From NCBI GenBank assembly GCA_002633005.1, contig NMRA01001033.1, forward strand, positions 2,938 through 66,724: a stretch of 63,787 bases of DNA, written 5' to 3'. The translations under genes were made by a program, and so were the position numbers. Below the pieces are notes generated by a model. That model was not told the origin of the DNA and ran no database searches. It worked only from the letters and a program-made list of their open reading frames with translations. The stretch's first letter is position 1. Every line of letters starts with the position of its first letter. The DNA is from Phoronis australis (Eukaryota; Animalia; Phoronida). Of the stretch, positions 48,111-61,833 are shown piece by piece.

Positions 48111-51100
48111 AACCCTTTTTACATGGTTAGAGGATGTTATAAGGATCCAAAAAGTACCTACCCCATAACTAATACACGATACGTACTCTAAAAAAGTTTA
48201 AATGAACGCGCCACTCACGATTCGCACCCGAAGAACCACCGCCATTTTCAACTTACCGCGAACCCGGAAGTACAATTCATTCAGGAACCCAGGCTAAGAA
48301 AACGCCGTCAGTGCGACCGGAGCAGTGCCTGTTACCAGCCTGTCAACGGGGATAAAATAATTGTCAGCGCGCCTTGAATTTTAATAAAATCAAAACACGG
48401 ACAATTTTATCGAATTTGCTGAAGAAATGTGGCGAATAAATTTTGACAGAAATTATTTTGCCGGACTCGGGACCGCAGCCTATCGGACCCGGTGCGGATC
48501 GAGACAAGACACAGGCGAACGGTAAAGGCATGCGGTTTCAAACTGTTTTGTCGAAGTAAAAGGTTCAAATCATAAATGCCGTATACATACAAAGGTAGTT
48601 AGAGACACTTGCATGAAATTACGGGCTGGTTAGTCCTGTGTCAGTTTGCCGCGGCAGCCCTTAGGTTAGCTCACCTCAGTGCCAGCTACCCCCAGTATGA
48701 AGACTCGTCAAAATACAGCTTGTTAGTAGTAGACCTCCACAGCTTTGTGCCAAGGCTACCCTTAGGCCTACCTGGTCCCTGGCCGAAGCGTTCGCTCAAA
48801 CGAGGTTTATTTATAACTTGGGGTCTTCTGGGGAAGTGTTCAAAGTTGTTGGCTTTCAACAGAGATTTGCCCAGACATTGCATGAGCGCAACAAGCCTAA
48901 AAATTGGGGGGCTGGAATTTTTGGGAATGTCTACCTTTTACTATAAGATTCACTGGGTATGTTCAGAGCTATGAATTGCAGACGCTAAATTTTGGTACTT
49001 CCTGTCTTCTAGTGGAATATTGTCTCGTTTTCTACTTTTTTCGGAGTTCGTGCTTCTCTGACTGAGGCAGACCTTTTTCCATTTCTCCCAACAGGGGGCT
49101 CGTTCCAGCACATAAGTATCTGACAAGTCCAATACAAAATGTTATTTTTTATTCATCAAGCCAAAGTGATTCAACCTTTTAACATAATAAGTTACTTAAA
49201 ATGCACAATACTTTACAACATTGAGCATTACTAACACTATTCAACAGCAAAAGCTTCCATGATATGAAAGTGAACATACATGTAACTATTACCATGGTGA
49301 CCGAATAGTGTTTCCTTACACCAGAATTTGACAAGTATGATTAAAAAATATGAAGTTGCAAGGAACAAGAATTGGAGGCTTGAAGCTTCACATCGAACAT
49401 AGCTTTTTTCTCAAATTAAGATTATTCATATTGTTGACTTGATAACCTGAATTAAGAAACAATAGCTTACAAAACATGACTTGAAAGCAATTTAGACTTA
49501 AAATTTAGAAAAATATGAATCATTTTGTGACATCTAATCAAGCTTTGAACAGCAGTTGACAGTCAAACAAAAACCCATTTCAAAATTATTTCAACTATTT
49601 TTTTAACTTAGTGTAAGATCACCTGATAGGAAATTCACAGTAAATAATTCGTATATCTTATATTTTTGCACAAAAAACACGAAAATTGAACAAAGTTCCT
49701 TTTTGTAGCAACGTTTGTCAAAGTGTATCAACGTTAAAACTTCAAAAATTACAAAGTAACAGGTTGAACATGCCTTCCAGTTCAGCAAAAGTCGCCATGT
49801 TGTCGGTGCCGCCGCAGAAATGAGACTAAGCCCAACGGGAATTGTGAGCACATTTATCACTTAATAAGTAACAACTGCGAGGCTGAAATTTGGTGAAAAT
49901 TGTTGAATCGTGCAGACTAGTAAGTAAAGATATGTCTCCCTAAATTTCACCGTAAATTGTTGGCGAAAACAATTTACACAAAGTTTTAAACTCGTATCTT
50001 ATCCCGCTGTCCTCCAGTATGGCCGACGCGATCCAAACAAAGTGACCCAAATTTCTCCACAAAAATTGCAATAACTTTACACTGCTTACCCCGATTTTGA
50101 TACTTTTTCAATTTTTACCGAGTAGAATGCACTAGCTTTCCGATGATAGCAAAGTACTTTTTCAAAACGAGAAAAAAAATTAAAACGAAAAAAATTGGTT
50201 CGACTCATATTGGTTCCTAGGTTCGACCACCCTACGTAAGGAACTAAACACCAATGCTATTTTAACATAATAAGTACGCGTAACATTCCAAAAAAAATTC
50301 AACGACCACTAACTACAAACTATAAATACACTACATATGCAAACGAATCACGAGATATTACTAATAAAACAAAATAATGAAGACATTTCGAACAAGCGAT
50401 AGCACATTCAGTTACAAGGAAAAAGATGGCGGTGTTCAGGACAAGTTCCTGAACTGATGAGCCGGAAATGTGGGTACGGAAATAAACGATGACAGCCGGT
50501 AATTATACGCTCACGGAGAAGGGTCAAATACTGTTAAAAATCGCTTTTGGCAAGAAAGGCGAAAAGAATATAAAGAAAGCGTGTCGAAAATAAGATTTTA
50601 TGTAGTAAGTATTTTCGGATACTGGAACCACATGGGCTGTTTGAGAGCAGGACTTTAAGTTCTTAGCCGTCTCCGTTGTTTACAACAAATATCTTGTAAT
50701 CCGTAAGTAGAAACTACTTGTTCAAGCTACTTAATATCTAACCTCTCAACAATATGTTCCATTCTTTGAAAACGGAACGTGAGTTTTGAAAGTTAATTAC
50801 AGTAATTAAAGATCATTTTGGCAAAGAAATTATTGAAATGAAATCACAACTAAAGAAGGTATCTATTGCACCCACTTTAAATTGAATTGAGCAGAAAATT
50901 TTGAGATTTTATGAAAGTCTCATATTATTTCGGAATGCGTTTACATAGCGTTTTTTTCAGTAAAAGTTCCACATTCTCAAAAACCCGAGCCCCCCACCCC
51001 CATTTGTTAGGCTGGGTGCACGCATGCCAACCACACATATTTTTGCGATTTCCAGCCATGAAAAACTTTCCCGAAATTCCCGTTTAATTACAACTTCCCT

Positions 51101-54100
51101 CTTGCACTAATCTTTTAACGGCTATAGATTTCTGGGATAACATATGGGTTATGGAACACCGCCACCAAAGTAGCATGAAACCAACCAGTGAAACCAAAAA
51201 ATACGCGCCGACATTTGCAGCCAACAGACAGCGAATGAAACGTACATCCTTCAATTCTCTAACGGTTGGAAGATCTTTGAAGTGAGGGTTTTGAAATGCT
51301 ATGGTTGAGCAAGAAATGGGTCAAATGGAGAAGAACTGGCATTCCGTCAATCAGAGCAGATTTTAGAATCGAGCAACTGCATTCGTAACTTAACCACGCA
51401 GTACAAGATTCAAAATTCAAATTTTTGTGTCAACCCATAATGTTTGATAAAACTTTGCGGCGCTGAGGAAAATGTTCGTCAAATAAATAATGAAATGTAC
51501 CAACACGTCGTATTTAGTTGGGATATATGTGAATTTAATATGCCACCCGTTCCAAACTCCGTAACAGCATTCAAGAGTTTACTAAATGCAAGCCGTTACA
51601 TGCTTGCAGCTCACTGTAATATATTATTACAATACATTACACACTGTAATTTTCTTCAACAGCTCGCAATTAGACGGCCTTTTCTTTGAGCAACGAGAAC
51701 AAGTGTGAAGTCGCGATACCTAAGAGTTCTGGGATAGTGGTACTTTCATCTGAGGCTGCCACACTGTAAATTCGGAGCAAAATACAGATTACCGCTAGTC
51801 TCGAAGCTGAATATAAGCCAAAATCTTGGCAACAAGAGTAAATATCGACTTGATCCTGGAGTGCATTGTAACACGCATTTAGGACTCGTTGAAGAGTGTT
51901 ACAGTGTACAATGTCAGATGATTGACTGTGGGTTTGTTTAAAAGGTAGCTATGCTTTGAGATTGTGCGTAGATGGAGAGTGAATATTCAAATTCAGTAAT
52001 TAATTTATTATATGATAACCCCTAATTTGACAAATGAAACCTATTGTTAATTAAGTAATCAACTACAAAGAGTAACTACGCTAGCGCCCTCTTTAAAGAT
52101 TACTTTAATCAAACAACCAAAACAATCAAATGTCCTATCTGCTATCCAAGCTAGGACTCTCCACTTGTTGGATGTCTGTCCTGTTGGTGAATCTTCGAAC
52201 TACACACACACTGTGTAGCGACAGTGTACTTGCTGGTCACCGCCTCTGGTGATGCAACACTTGCAGGTAATTTCTTTTGCCCGCGAATCTTCTTGCTGGT
52301 CACAGTCTCTGGCTGATGACGCAACACTTCATGTTGTATCTTACTACCCACGATGCAAGTGACAAGCTCTTAGTTAACTTCCTGTTCGTTAACCCTTGCC
52401 CTTGCCAAGATCCTTTCTAGAATCTTCCACGAGATGGCTCNNNNNNNNNNNNNNNNNNNNNNNNNNNNNNNNNNNNNNNNNNNNNNNNNNNNNNNNNNNN
52501 NNNNNNNNNNNNNNNNNNNNNNNNNNNNNNNNNNNNNNNNNNNNNNNNNNNNNNNNNNNNNNNNNNNNNNNNNNNNNNNNNNNNNNNNNNNNNNNNNNNN
52601 NNNNNNNNNNNNNNNNNNNNNNNNNNNNNNNNNNNNNNNNNNNNNNNNNNNNNNNNNNNNNNNNNNNGAGAGGGAGAGGGAGAGGGAGAGAGAGAGAGAC
52701 ATGAACGCCTTAAACAGACCCCAAACATAACAACGGCCACTATGAGACGTTTATTACGTCGTCAAATCTATCTAGAAACCAATAGGTCTGGTGTCATCGC
52801 CTTAATAACGGAAACTTATTTGCAAAAAAATGATAAAAATGCAACACGAAGTTCTAAAGATGCAGAGGGAAATGGGAAAAATAAAATTGTCACTAGGGGG
52901 CACAGCGGTAGTCAGTTCTATCTAAACATCATCGTCTTCTGTTGTAACCTCAATACAAGGCAATTGCTAAATTTAGCAAAGATTCTGCTTAGGCTTAAAG
53001 ATATACAGCCACATACGCAGAAAAAAAACAGTGCCACCAAGAGGAGCCACAGTACTCGGTGCCTTCCTAAAATCATCGTCAGCTTTTCCCAGTAAGAACA
53101 TATATGCCATTTTCATAATAATCTCAAGAGTGATTTGGTCGACTGAGTGGTGAACACCAAAAACCGACACAAAAATAATAATAAAAACGGCCACTAGTTT
53201 ACATGTACTACATCAAATCCAACTAAAAACGGAAGGTGTCGTCGCAATGTTAATAGAAGTCTACTTGATGAATTTCATAAAAATCTGTTCAAGAACTCCA
53301 ACGTTCCCTAGGAAAACAGAAAAAAAAAACTTGCCACTAGGGAGCACAGCAGCAGTCGGATCCGTTTGAAAGCCGTGGACAGCTGTCGTCACCTTCAAAT
53401 AGAGCCATGGTAACAAAAAACTGCCATGAGGGGGAGCCTTTGTACTTGGAGTCGTAGGAAGGTCATCGTCAGTCGTCCACTTCCCAGTATGAACATACTC
53501 TTTGTTAGTTCTTGATGATTATACCAGAGGCAAAACAAAAATAACTCAATCCATAAGTAATTATTATTTCGCATACCTGACTGGTTTAAAAATACTTTGT
53601 AATTCTAAAAAACACGATTTTTACGAAAATGCGAATATTAACAGCGTATAATAGTAACACAAAAAGAAAGGTACCAGGGGGATTGTATAAATGATTAGTT
53701 AAGCCATTGGGGGAAATAATTTCAATGATTCAAAACATTTCTACTCCTTAAAGACAAAGGTTTTAGAATACGCATCCCTCACACTTCCTGTGAATAATTT
53801 AGTCCAGCATTTATCCAAAATTATACATCTTTATATATTATAATTAATTGAACCTTTGGTGCCGTTTGATACAATTGCATTTTCCAGAAAAATTTAGAAT
53901 CCAATTGATTTTACGAAAATTGCAAAAAATCTACTCCAAGTATCTATCCGAAATTTACAGATAAAGGTTTTCTGATAAACGAAAAATGGGAAAAGATCGA
54001 TCACGTAGCTTTGAAATGTACTGTGGATAGCTCATCACATTGGTTGCAGTCTAGGACTTTCTCTACACGTTTCGAAATAAACTCTTTCTTCAGAAAGTAA

Positions 54101-56143
54101 AAGTTAGTGATCCTGATACATACAGTGTATTTTACCGTAAAAAAGAAGACACTGGAACAAGTTTTTACAATTGTTATGTTACTAAAGAAAGTCAACTCTG
54201 GAAACATTCAAGAACAAAAAAATGGAGGATAAGAACAGAAACTTCTGGGTCTATGCCAAAACGTAAGAGTGAAATTCTCGTACTGACAGCGTTTTTGTCG
54301 AACGGTAGATTTAATACCCAAAAATGCCTGACAACGTTTTTTGTTGTTCTTTATAGTTGAATGTGAAATTGCGTGTGTCACAAAAACCCATGACACGCCC
54401 CATTTTTTTCTTTTTTGTCCAAAAGGAAAATATAGCGATGTAGCCTGGGAAATTACAATAGCATCGTGATGATATGTCAGTTTCACTGTTTGATGGGTCC
54501 TGCATTGGCATTCCACTAGGCAGGTTTGATACTGAAGTCAAAGAATTATCTCTTATCTGACACGCATATGTATCATCAAGCCTTGGTACGACTTTATCAG
54601 CAAGTCCGTAAACTTTAGTCAAATATCGCGTATAACACAATATATTTTGCTTCAGTAATGGTCTGTATTTTGTTCACGTAGAAAAAATGCAAAATTTTAT
54701 TTCCACTTTTCACCAGGAAACCATTAATTGGGTCACGTGTCTTTTTGATAAAATTGAACAAAAAGAAGGTACGCCATTTTCACGATCGGTTTTTATTTAT
54801 CATGTTATAAGCGTTCTAGATCAAACCTCAGTAAAGCGGTTGCACTTTTCCAAATTATCGCTTAGATTTGGTTTATACCACTGTCTATTCGAGCATTGAA
54901 AAGTAGACAAGTATCTTAAGTTTGCACAAAAATACAGCATGGAGGACAGAGAAGGCCAAAAATAATTTCGAGTTCGATTGATTTCGGCTAAAAGATTAGA
55001 CCACGGGTTCTGGTCACGCGTACCCGTGTTGCATTGGTGTGATAACTCATGTACAAGTCGGTATGTTTAGCCGAGTCGCTATCTTCAGAACCACAGAACG
55101 TAACTGAACGAAAGTATACTAGCTGAAGACCATGCTTTGTATGTGAGCAGGTCAGTGTCAACATTGGAAGTGCAATAGGCCGCAGCTGCACTCCAACTGG
55201 CCCTGGCAGCCGACTGCACCGTTCCACCAAAACAAAACTCCGCTTCTGTCAAACGTATTGGATTTAAGTTCTCAGCCATCTCCATGGTTAGGAACAGATT
55301 TCTTGGAATTCTTGTGTAGGTGACCACTTCTTCAAGCAACTAAATATACTACTACCTCTAAACAATGTCTAGTCCTAGACAGATGTTTGCGCAGATTATA
55401 ACAACTATTTAGCTAACGATATCCGCGATCAGAAATTAAATCGATATTCTCTAAACGCGAGACAGGATTGCATAGTATTTAATGGTTCGTGCGCAAACAC
55501 TCCTTCTTGCACGTCACTATTTTCGAATTAAAAAAACAATGGGTCTATTGTAGCCGGCGTGGTCATGCCTAATCTAGAAACAAACCACTCCTCGTTTTCC
55601 CACACCTGGTGAAATGTGCGCCTCTCTCTTTTACTTTAGGGTGAACGTTCAAGCCACGAAATAGCTAAAGGAGGGGACTAGGAAATGCGTCAACGACGCT
55701 GAGAAACTGAAAAGGGACCTAAATCATGAGTCTTGTTATTCATTGAAGCGAGTTGACATTAAAACAGGTTCGCAGGTGGACTTTTTATCCCAATACTGAC
55801 CAAACGCTTAACATTAGCGTTCACATAAAATAGGCGGCTTCGAAGAAATTATTTGTAGATTGATGTCAGTGTGCAAAACACTGATATTCTGGCCATTCAC
55901 AGCCTATCATCAAGGGCAAACAGGGTCTAACTACTACAAGTTATTGGAATACTAAGAATAATTCTAGAAGTTGTAAGGGAATCTGCCGTCTGGTTTGGAT
56001 TGGCACGATCGTTGATCACACGTCATAAGAACGTGACTTATCGAACCACAGGCAGTTTAGCTTACGTTAGTTTGGCGGAAGCAATACTCGCCGAACTGAA
56101 TAGCTGTGATTAAAATGACAGTGTAGAAACCTCCAAAAGAACA

Positions 56144-56806
56144 CAGTGGCGGATCTAGGATATCACAAGGGGGGGCCCAACATTTTGTCCGACTGTAAAC
56201 ATTTGCGCAAACTGAACCACGATTGTAGATGCGCATAGCACCGAATGGGGGGAGGTCGGGAGGGGGTTTGCCCCCTCACGCTCAGGAAATTTTTCTGTTT
56301 TTACCTCTAAAAATCAAGCATTTTTCTTGATTCCTGAAGTATTATCCAAGAAAAAAAGGCAAAAAAAAAACACGGAGAACGTGTCAAACAGGAAAAACTG
56401 CAAGTATCAAAAGACTCGAACTCACGACCTTGCGCACAGAGCGCGCGTGCGTTACCACTACACCACCACGATTTCACTACTACTCTCATACTAAGAGACC
56501 TACTTGTTTATGGTCCACAGCGTTTGCGCGCGAAACCTACTTCTTTTTGTAATGCTTATTACACGTTTTGTGCCATCGATTCTTAACAAATTTGTCGTAT
56601 TTAAAATAGTCTTCAAATGCCCAAAAGNNNNNNNNNNNNNNNNNNNNNNNNNNNNNNNNNNNNNNNNNNNNNNNNNNNNNNNNNNNNNNNNNNNNNNNNN
56701 NNNNNNNNNNNNNNNNNNNNNNNNNNNNNNNNNNNNNNNNNNNNNNNNNNNNNNNNNNNNNNNNNNNNNNNNNNNNNNNNNNNNNNNNNNNNNNNNNCCG
56801 CCTATG
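56144..56806. mobile_element. Second copy of the 37192-37913 element, 5-bp TSD GAACA (third, deleted copy ends at 61723)
   Basis: Near-identical left end. GAACA at 56139-56143 and 56807-56811. Confidence 0.88.
56405..56470 (-). promoter_or_regulatory. tRNA-derived Pol III A/B box segment inside the MITE
   Basis: GTGGTGTAGTGGTAA...GAGTTCGAGTC on the minus strand. Confidence 0.6.
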
Positions 56807-59074
56807 GAACACAACGAAAAGTGGAAATTATAAGGCAGAGAAGTCCCAAATGGAATTCGCTCTAATCTTGTCCTCTTGATTGCTCAGGTTACCCCAAAAG
56901 TTCCGACATGTAGGATGGCGACAGCAAATATTTGATTCAACTGAACAACCATCGCTGACATCTGAATAAGGAGATGGGAGAGGTCGAACGTGACACCAAA
57001 TTAATAGACGTGTCAGTTGACGACAGCATGTAAGTCCTGTAAGCAGCGATGCTCTTCTAAGTTAATTTTCGGGAACGGTTAGGCTGCTCCCTTTAGTAAA
57101 CCTTCAACTCTTCACTACACAGTTTATTAGCGAAACGATATTAAACTTGGTGATAAAGTAGTTTGTCAGCTTCGTTTTCCAGCGTCGTCAGAGATACACT
57201 GAAAACGGAGAGGAAGCTGGGAGCTACCACTGAAGCATTGTCAAAAATGAAAAAGGCAGGACATCTACTTACCTTGCAAACGAGCGTCTTGCACTCATAA
57301 ACCAACGTAACTTTAAGTACAGAGACAATGCCCTGTCTTTTAGATGTATCATTTCTGTTCTTTGATTTGAAAATTATGTCATCCTTAAATTATCTGTTAT
57401 TGAGTGAATTACAAACGGAGTGCAGCATTTCAAGACAACCTCTTCGTTGCAGAAGGAGCAAGCCAAGCTTTAGCAGCTACGCATACTCCAATCTAACAAT
57501 TGGTCGTCTCAAAAGAGTCAAAACAACAAAGTAGCGTGGAGGCATTCAAGTACAAAGTTGGTCATACCGACGGCCGGATTTAGGATCTGACGCTGCAATT
57601 GTACCAGGTAAGTCATTTATATGAGCGCGTCTTGTGCTGCGTGGATATTTAGGTACGACACACACACGCGCGCGCGCGCACGGATAGATAATTGTTGTCT
57701 TGATAACTGTGGAACGAAATGTTGCCTCAAACCTAGCCCACTCCATTTTCTTCATTTAGGGGGCTACAATGTCTTGAACCGTGGCTTCAGATCCAAATGA
57801 AATACACACAGTACTGTTTCCGCACCATTTGTGTGTAACGTATGTTCATCACCCTTTATTTCAGCGTTCCGTCTTCGAAAGTACCCAAACTGACTCAATG
57901 GCGTCTTTGGATTGCCACGTGCATGGAGCCGTAGTGGAGCGCAGTTTCTCCATCGATGAAGTCACATTGTACGTGACGCCGAGTTGCAGCGTGACTGCGT
58001 AACTTGCCAGATTGAATGCCCTGAATTCCATCGACTCAGTGTATGATGTTGTCTAGCACCAGTTCGCTGATAAGAGAATTTTGCGTGACGCGAACCGTGG
58101 AGACTAGAAATGAAATTTACCGAAGGTTGTGCTGCCTCGGGAATACTCATCTCTCATTGTAAATATGTGCATAGCTTTTGAAATTGATGTCATTTGAAAA
58201 TGCTTGTCAATTAAATAATTAATTGTACCAACGCGTAGTTTTTATTTGGGGTATTTGTGAATCTAATATGCTCTCTACAACGCCTCCTGTCTCAACAAGT
58301 GTATTGCCTGCATTCATACAGTAATTTTCGAATTTTCCTTGCCACGTTTGTTGGCTTGTGACCGGAACTAAAGGTCTCAACAGGCCACCGTAGTGTTTCA
58401 CTTTCGTAAGGTGCACTGGCGTGAGTGCCAACCATACATATTTTTTGCAGTTCCCAGCATGCGAAACTTTTTTGAGTTTATTGTTTAACTACAACTTCCC
58501 TCTTGCATTAATCTTTTAACGGCTACGGATTTGTGGGATAACTTATGGGTTATGGGACACCGCCACCAAAGTAGCATGAAACCAACTAGTGAAACCAAAA
58601 AACACACACCAACATTTTCAGCCAACAGACAACGAATGAGTCGTACATCCTACAATTCTCTAACCGCGGGAAGGTCTGCTAAGTGAGTGTTTTCAAAGAT
58701 CACGATTGGATCAAGGGAAGAAGAAGTAGCATTCCGTCAATCAGAGCAGATTTTAGAATAGAGCAACTGCACGCAGTAAGAAGATTCAAAATTCAAATTT
58801 CTATGTCAACTCATAATCCTTGGTGAAACTGTGGGGCTCTGAGGAAAATGCTTGTCAAATAAATAGTGAAATGTACCAACGCGTCGTTTTTATTTGGGAT
58901 ATCTGTGAATCTAATATGCTCTTGACAACGTCCACTGTTTGAACAAGTGTATGGCCAGCATTCGTACAGTAGGTTGCGAATTTGCCTCTGCTAAGTGTGT
59001 TGGCTTGTGGCCGGAACTAAGTCACCGGAGAGGTTCCCCTTTCGTCACGTTCTATAAATAGAGGTTACTGAATG

Positions 59075-59428
59075 GTTCTGGCGTTATTAAACGTTTTTTG
59101 AGGAACGAGATGTTTTTTTAAAAAACTCTGTACGCTGCGATCAAACTTCCAAAAACAGTTTCTTTTGTAAGTCTCCTCACCAAACTTGGCAAACTGGCAT
59201 CACTGAATTTATAAGACATCTTGACAGAGCAGACAACAAATATTGCTGTACTTTTATTGTCATTAGTGTTGACTTATGACGTCATCAAAATGACGGAACT
59301 TAAGTTTCTACCAGACGGCAAGAGGTAGTTATATTACAGAAAAGTGAGGGAGAAATAGGTTCATACTCGAGTGATATTTTTTCTAAAAAACATCTTGTTC
59401 CTCATAATAAGTTTAATAACGCCATAAC
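59075..59428. mobile_element. MITE with ~50-bp imperfect TIRs
   Basis: GTT(C/A)TGGCGTTATTAAAC...TGAGGAAC(G/A)AGATGTTTTTT at both ends, inverted. Confidence 0.8.
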
Positions 59429-60318
59429 AACGCTTAATAGTGGTAATACCCTGAGACATCTTAATACTATAGTGTGATGTCTATGGGTAATACAGTTTTA
59501 AGTTTTGGAATTTTTGAGGACGTGTCCGTATAGCAGGAGATATTGACATGGACATGTGGCCTGGTATATAAATTTCATTGCAAAGGGTAATCTGTGTTAA
59601 CTTGCTGTAACAATATCCAAATCTGTTGTGTTCCGTTTGGTTTGTCTAGTACGAAAATCTCCGTTGTCTCGCTCTCTTGAAAATCCACCAGGTGTCTCTT
59701 CGTCTGATTTCAAATATTCGTCTGCTACACGGAATTTAGTGAAAGTTGCTTGTATTTCCTTTCTCTTTAAATTCAGATGGATAACGAACTTTCCTGTAAT
59801 TTTAAGAAATGTCGTAACCGCCTGGACACCCACGTATGGGTAAGACTTCTGTCTGCTACTTCGTTGAAATCATTCTTCGAAGTCGTAAGCCTAGTGTGAC
59901 TGTGTCATCGTTTCGGTTACAACCTCGCCAGTGTGCTTTGTTGTGAGTCAGTGCTGTGTAAACATGAGTACAATTCAGGCTTTCTAAGTTTTTGTGTGGG
60001 TCGCTTTTCTTGGCAACAATCAATCAGCACTTTTGTTTGGAATTTTTCAAATTATTTTTCATGAAGTCAGCCATCGACTGTTTAATGATGAGGTACCACT
60101 ATTTTGAGGCGATTTGGACCCACAAATTGGAATAGTCACATTTAAATTTTCGAAAATTTTGCCGGTCTTGGATTTTTCCGATTCAGGTAACCACTTGCGC
60201 AATTTAAGACTTGATTATTTTTACAAAATGTTGTGTTTGGATTAATCGCTGTTGTCCGACAATGTCAACGTTTGCACCCATTTTATGCTTTCGGAGAGTT
60301 CAGAAGGATTGGGATTGA

Positions 60319-60579
60319 CCAGGGGTCCGTTCCAAGAAACTGACTTAAGTTCATTTTTGACTTAAGTCTAAGATTTGTCTTAACTTCCAATCTTTGAAAC
60401 TTGCACACATCAGGTAAGTTCGTCAAAATTAAGACCAAACTTACGTCAAACATTTAAATCAAGCTTAAGATCTCTTTCTTGCAATGATTTTGAAACAAAT
60501 TTATTAACTTTTATTTTAAAATTTAGTGAAATCTAAGAATTGTCTTAGCTAAGTCAGTTTTGTTGGAACGGGCCCCTGG
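60319..60579. mobile_element. MITE in CCWGG context (Harbinger-like; fragment also at ~18120-18215)
   Basis: CCAGGGGTCCGTTCCAAGAAACTGACTTA pairs with TAAGTCAGTTTTGTTGGAACGGGCCCCTGG. Confidence 0.8.
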
Positions 60580-61001
60580 GTTCTAGCAGCATATATGTCA
60601 AAACACTCAAGCTGAAATTTAGCGACAAGGTGACCGCGGCCATTACCTGGTTAGTCAGTTTTCGCGGTGTGGCGTATGGAGAAACATGGTGTCCGATATT
60701 AAGGTTCTCTGAAGGTTTGGTTGTTGTGTTTTTGAAGATCAGTCGGAACATAAATGTGGCTTTCAGTGACAAGATATAGTAACAGAACAATTCCGTGAAG
60801 GTAAATCTTTATTTCAGCAAAGAATTTACAACAATCCGTAGTATTTTCAATTAAATATAATGCAAAATGTTTCAAAACGTCCGATAATTAGGTCACTTGA
60901 GTGTACACAAAATTGTCGGAAGACACGGCACTGTTGTCTCTTTGCTTATTTATTGGACATTCTCTCGAACTTCCGGGTATACTCCTTCATCCTCCAATTA
61001 A

Positions 61002-61310
61002 AAGGTTGTCTAGGACCCTAACAAACGACCCTAAATCTAAGTCAAATATCGAAAGAACTATTCTTTGTCAACCATACATTTTTTCTGAGAGGGGAAAGAA
61101 CGAGGATTCTAAAAATATGCTTCTTACTACTGTGTCTTGTCTTTATTTTATTATTGTCACGTAACCACAGACTCCGTAGTAACAAGCATATTTTTAGAAT
61201 CGTCGATCATTTTCTTTTTAAGAAAATAAGTTACTTTTAATGGTTGACGAAGCATAGTTTTTTCAGATTTGATTTAAAGTTGAGGTCTTTATTAAGGTCC
61301 TAGATAACCT
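61002..61310. repeat. Old foldback palindrome (~310 bp, centre ~61150)
   Basis: AAGGTTGTCTAGGACC / GGTCCTAGATAACCTT and GATTCTAAAAATATGCTT / AAGCATATTTTTAGAATC arm pairs. Confidence 0.8.
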
Positions 61311-61833
61311 TAGCAACCATCATGGAGCAAATATCCAAGAAAAATTTCAAAATATCTAAAATGTTTGCTATATATAGAGACTGATTATGACTGAGACAAA
61401 GAGAATCGGTGAAAGTATAGGTTTTCTCTAAAAAATGAAGTAAATTTTATCCATTGCACAGTGGAGCAGACGACGGAAACGGAGTCATAGTGCGCAGCGC
61501 CACTGCCGATCGCCTGGGATATCGCGGGAGAGCCTACACTTAGCCATAGTTCCGTTACGAATGCTCCGTGTTCCGAATTTGACACTTGAAATTGGATCTG
61601 AGCCCCCCCCCCACAACACTAAAACTGTACACATTTAAATCTTTTTTCATCCGCATAATTTTAATTACCGGGGCAAATTACTAAACTCAACATTTCCCTA
61701 CGTTCTTGCTAAATCCGCCTATGCCACCGGGAAGTCCAAACATGTCAGATTTAGATTCCGCTATAGGCATTCCGATTAGCTTCGCCACGCACGTTCACCA
61801 AAACAGCCAACGTCAGTGTCCTTTATACGACAG

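Noticed and set aside
50454-50480. Hammerhead core CTGATGA...GAAA
   Set aside because: No convincing stem II or III around the core.
60770-60815. Possible missing GH16 exon (Y-S-N-R-T...R-E-G-K)
   Set aside because: Needs several frameshifts and lacks the GGGNWEF motif; likely chance.
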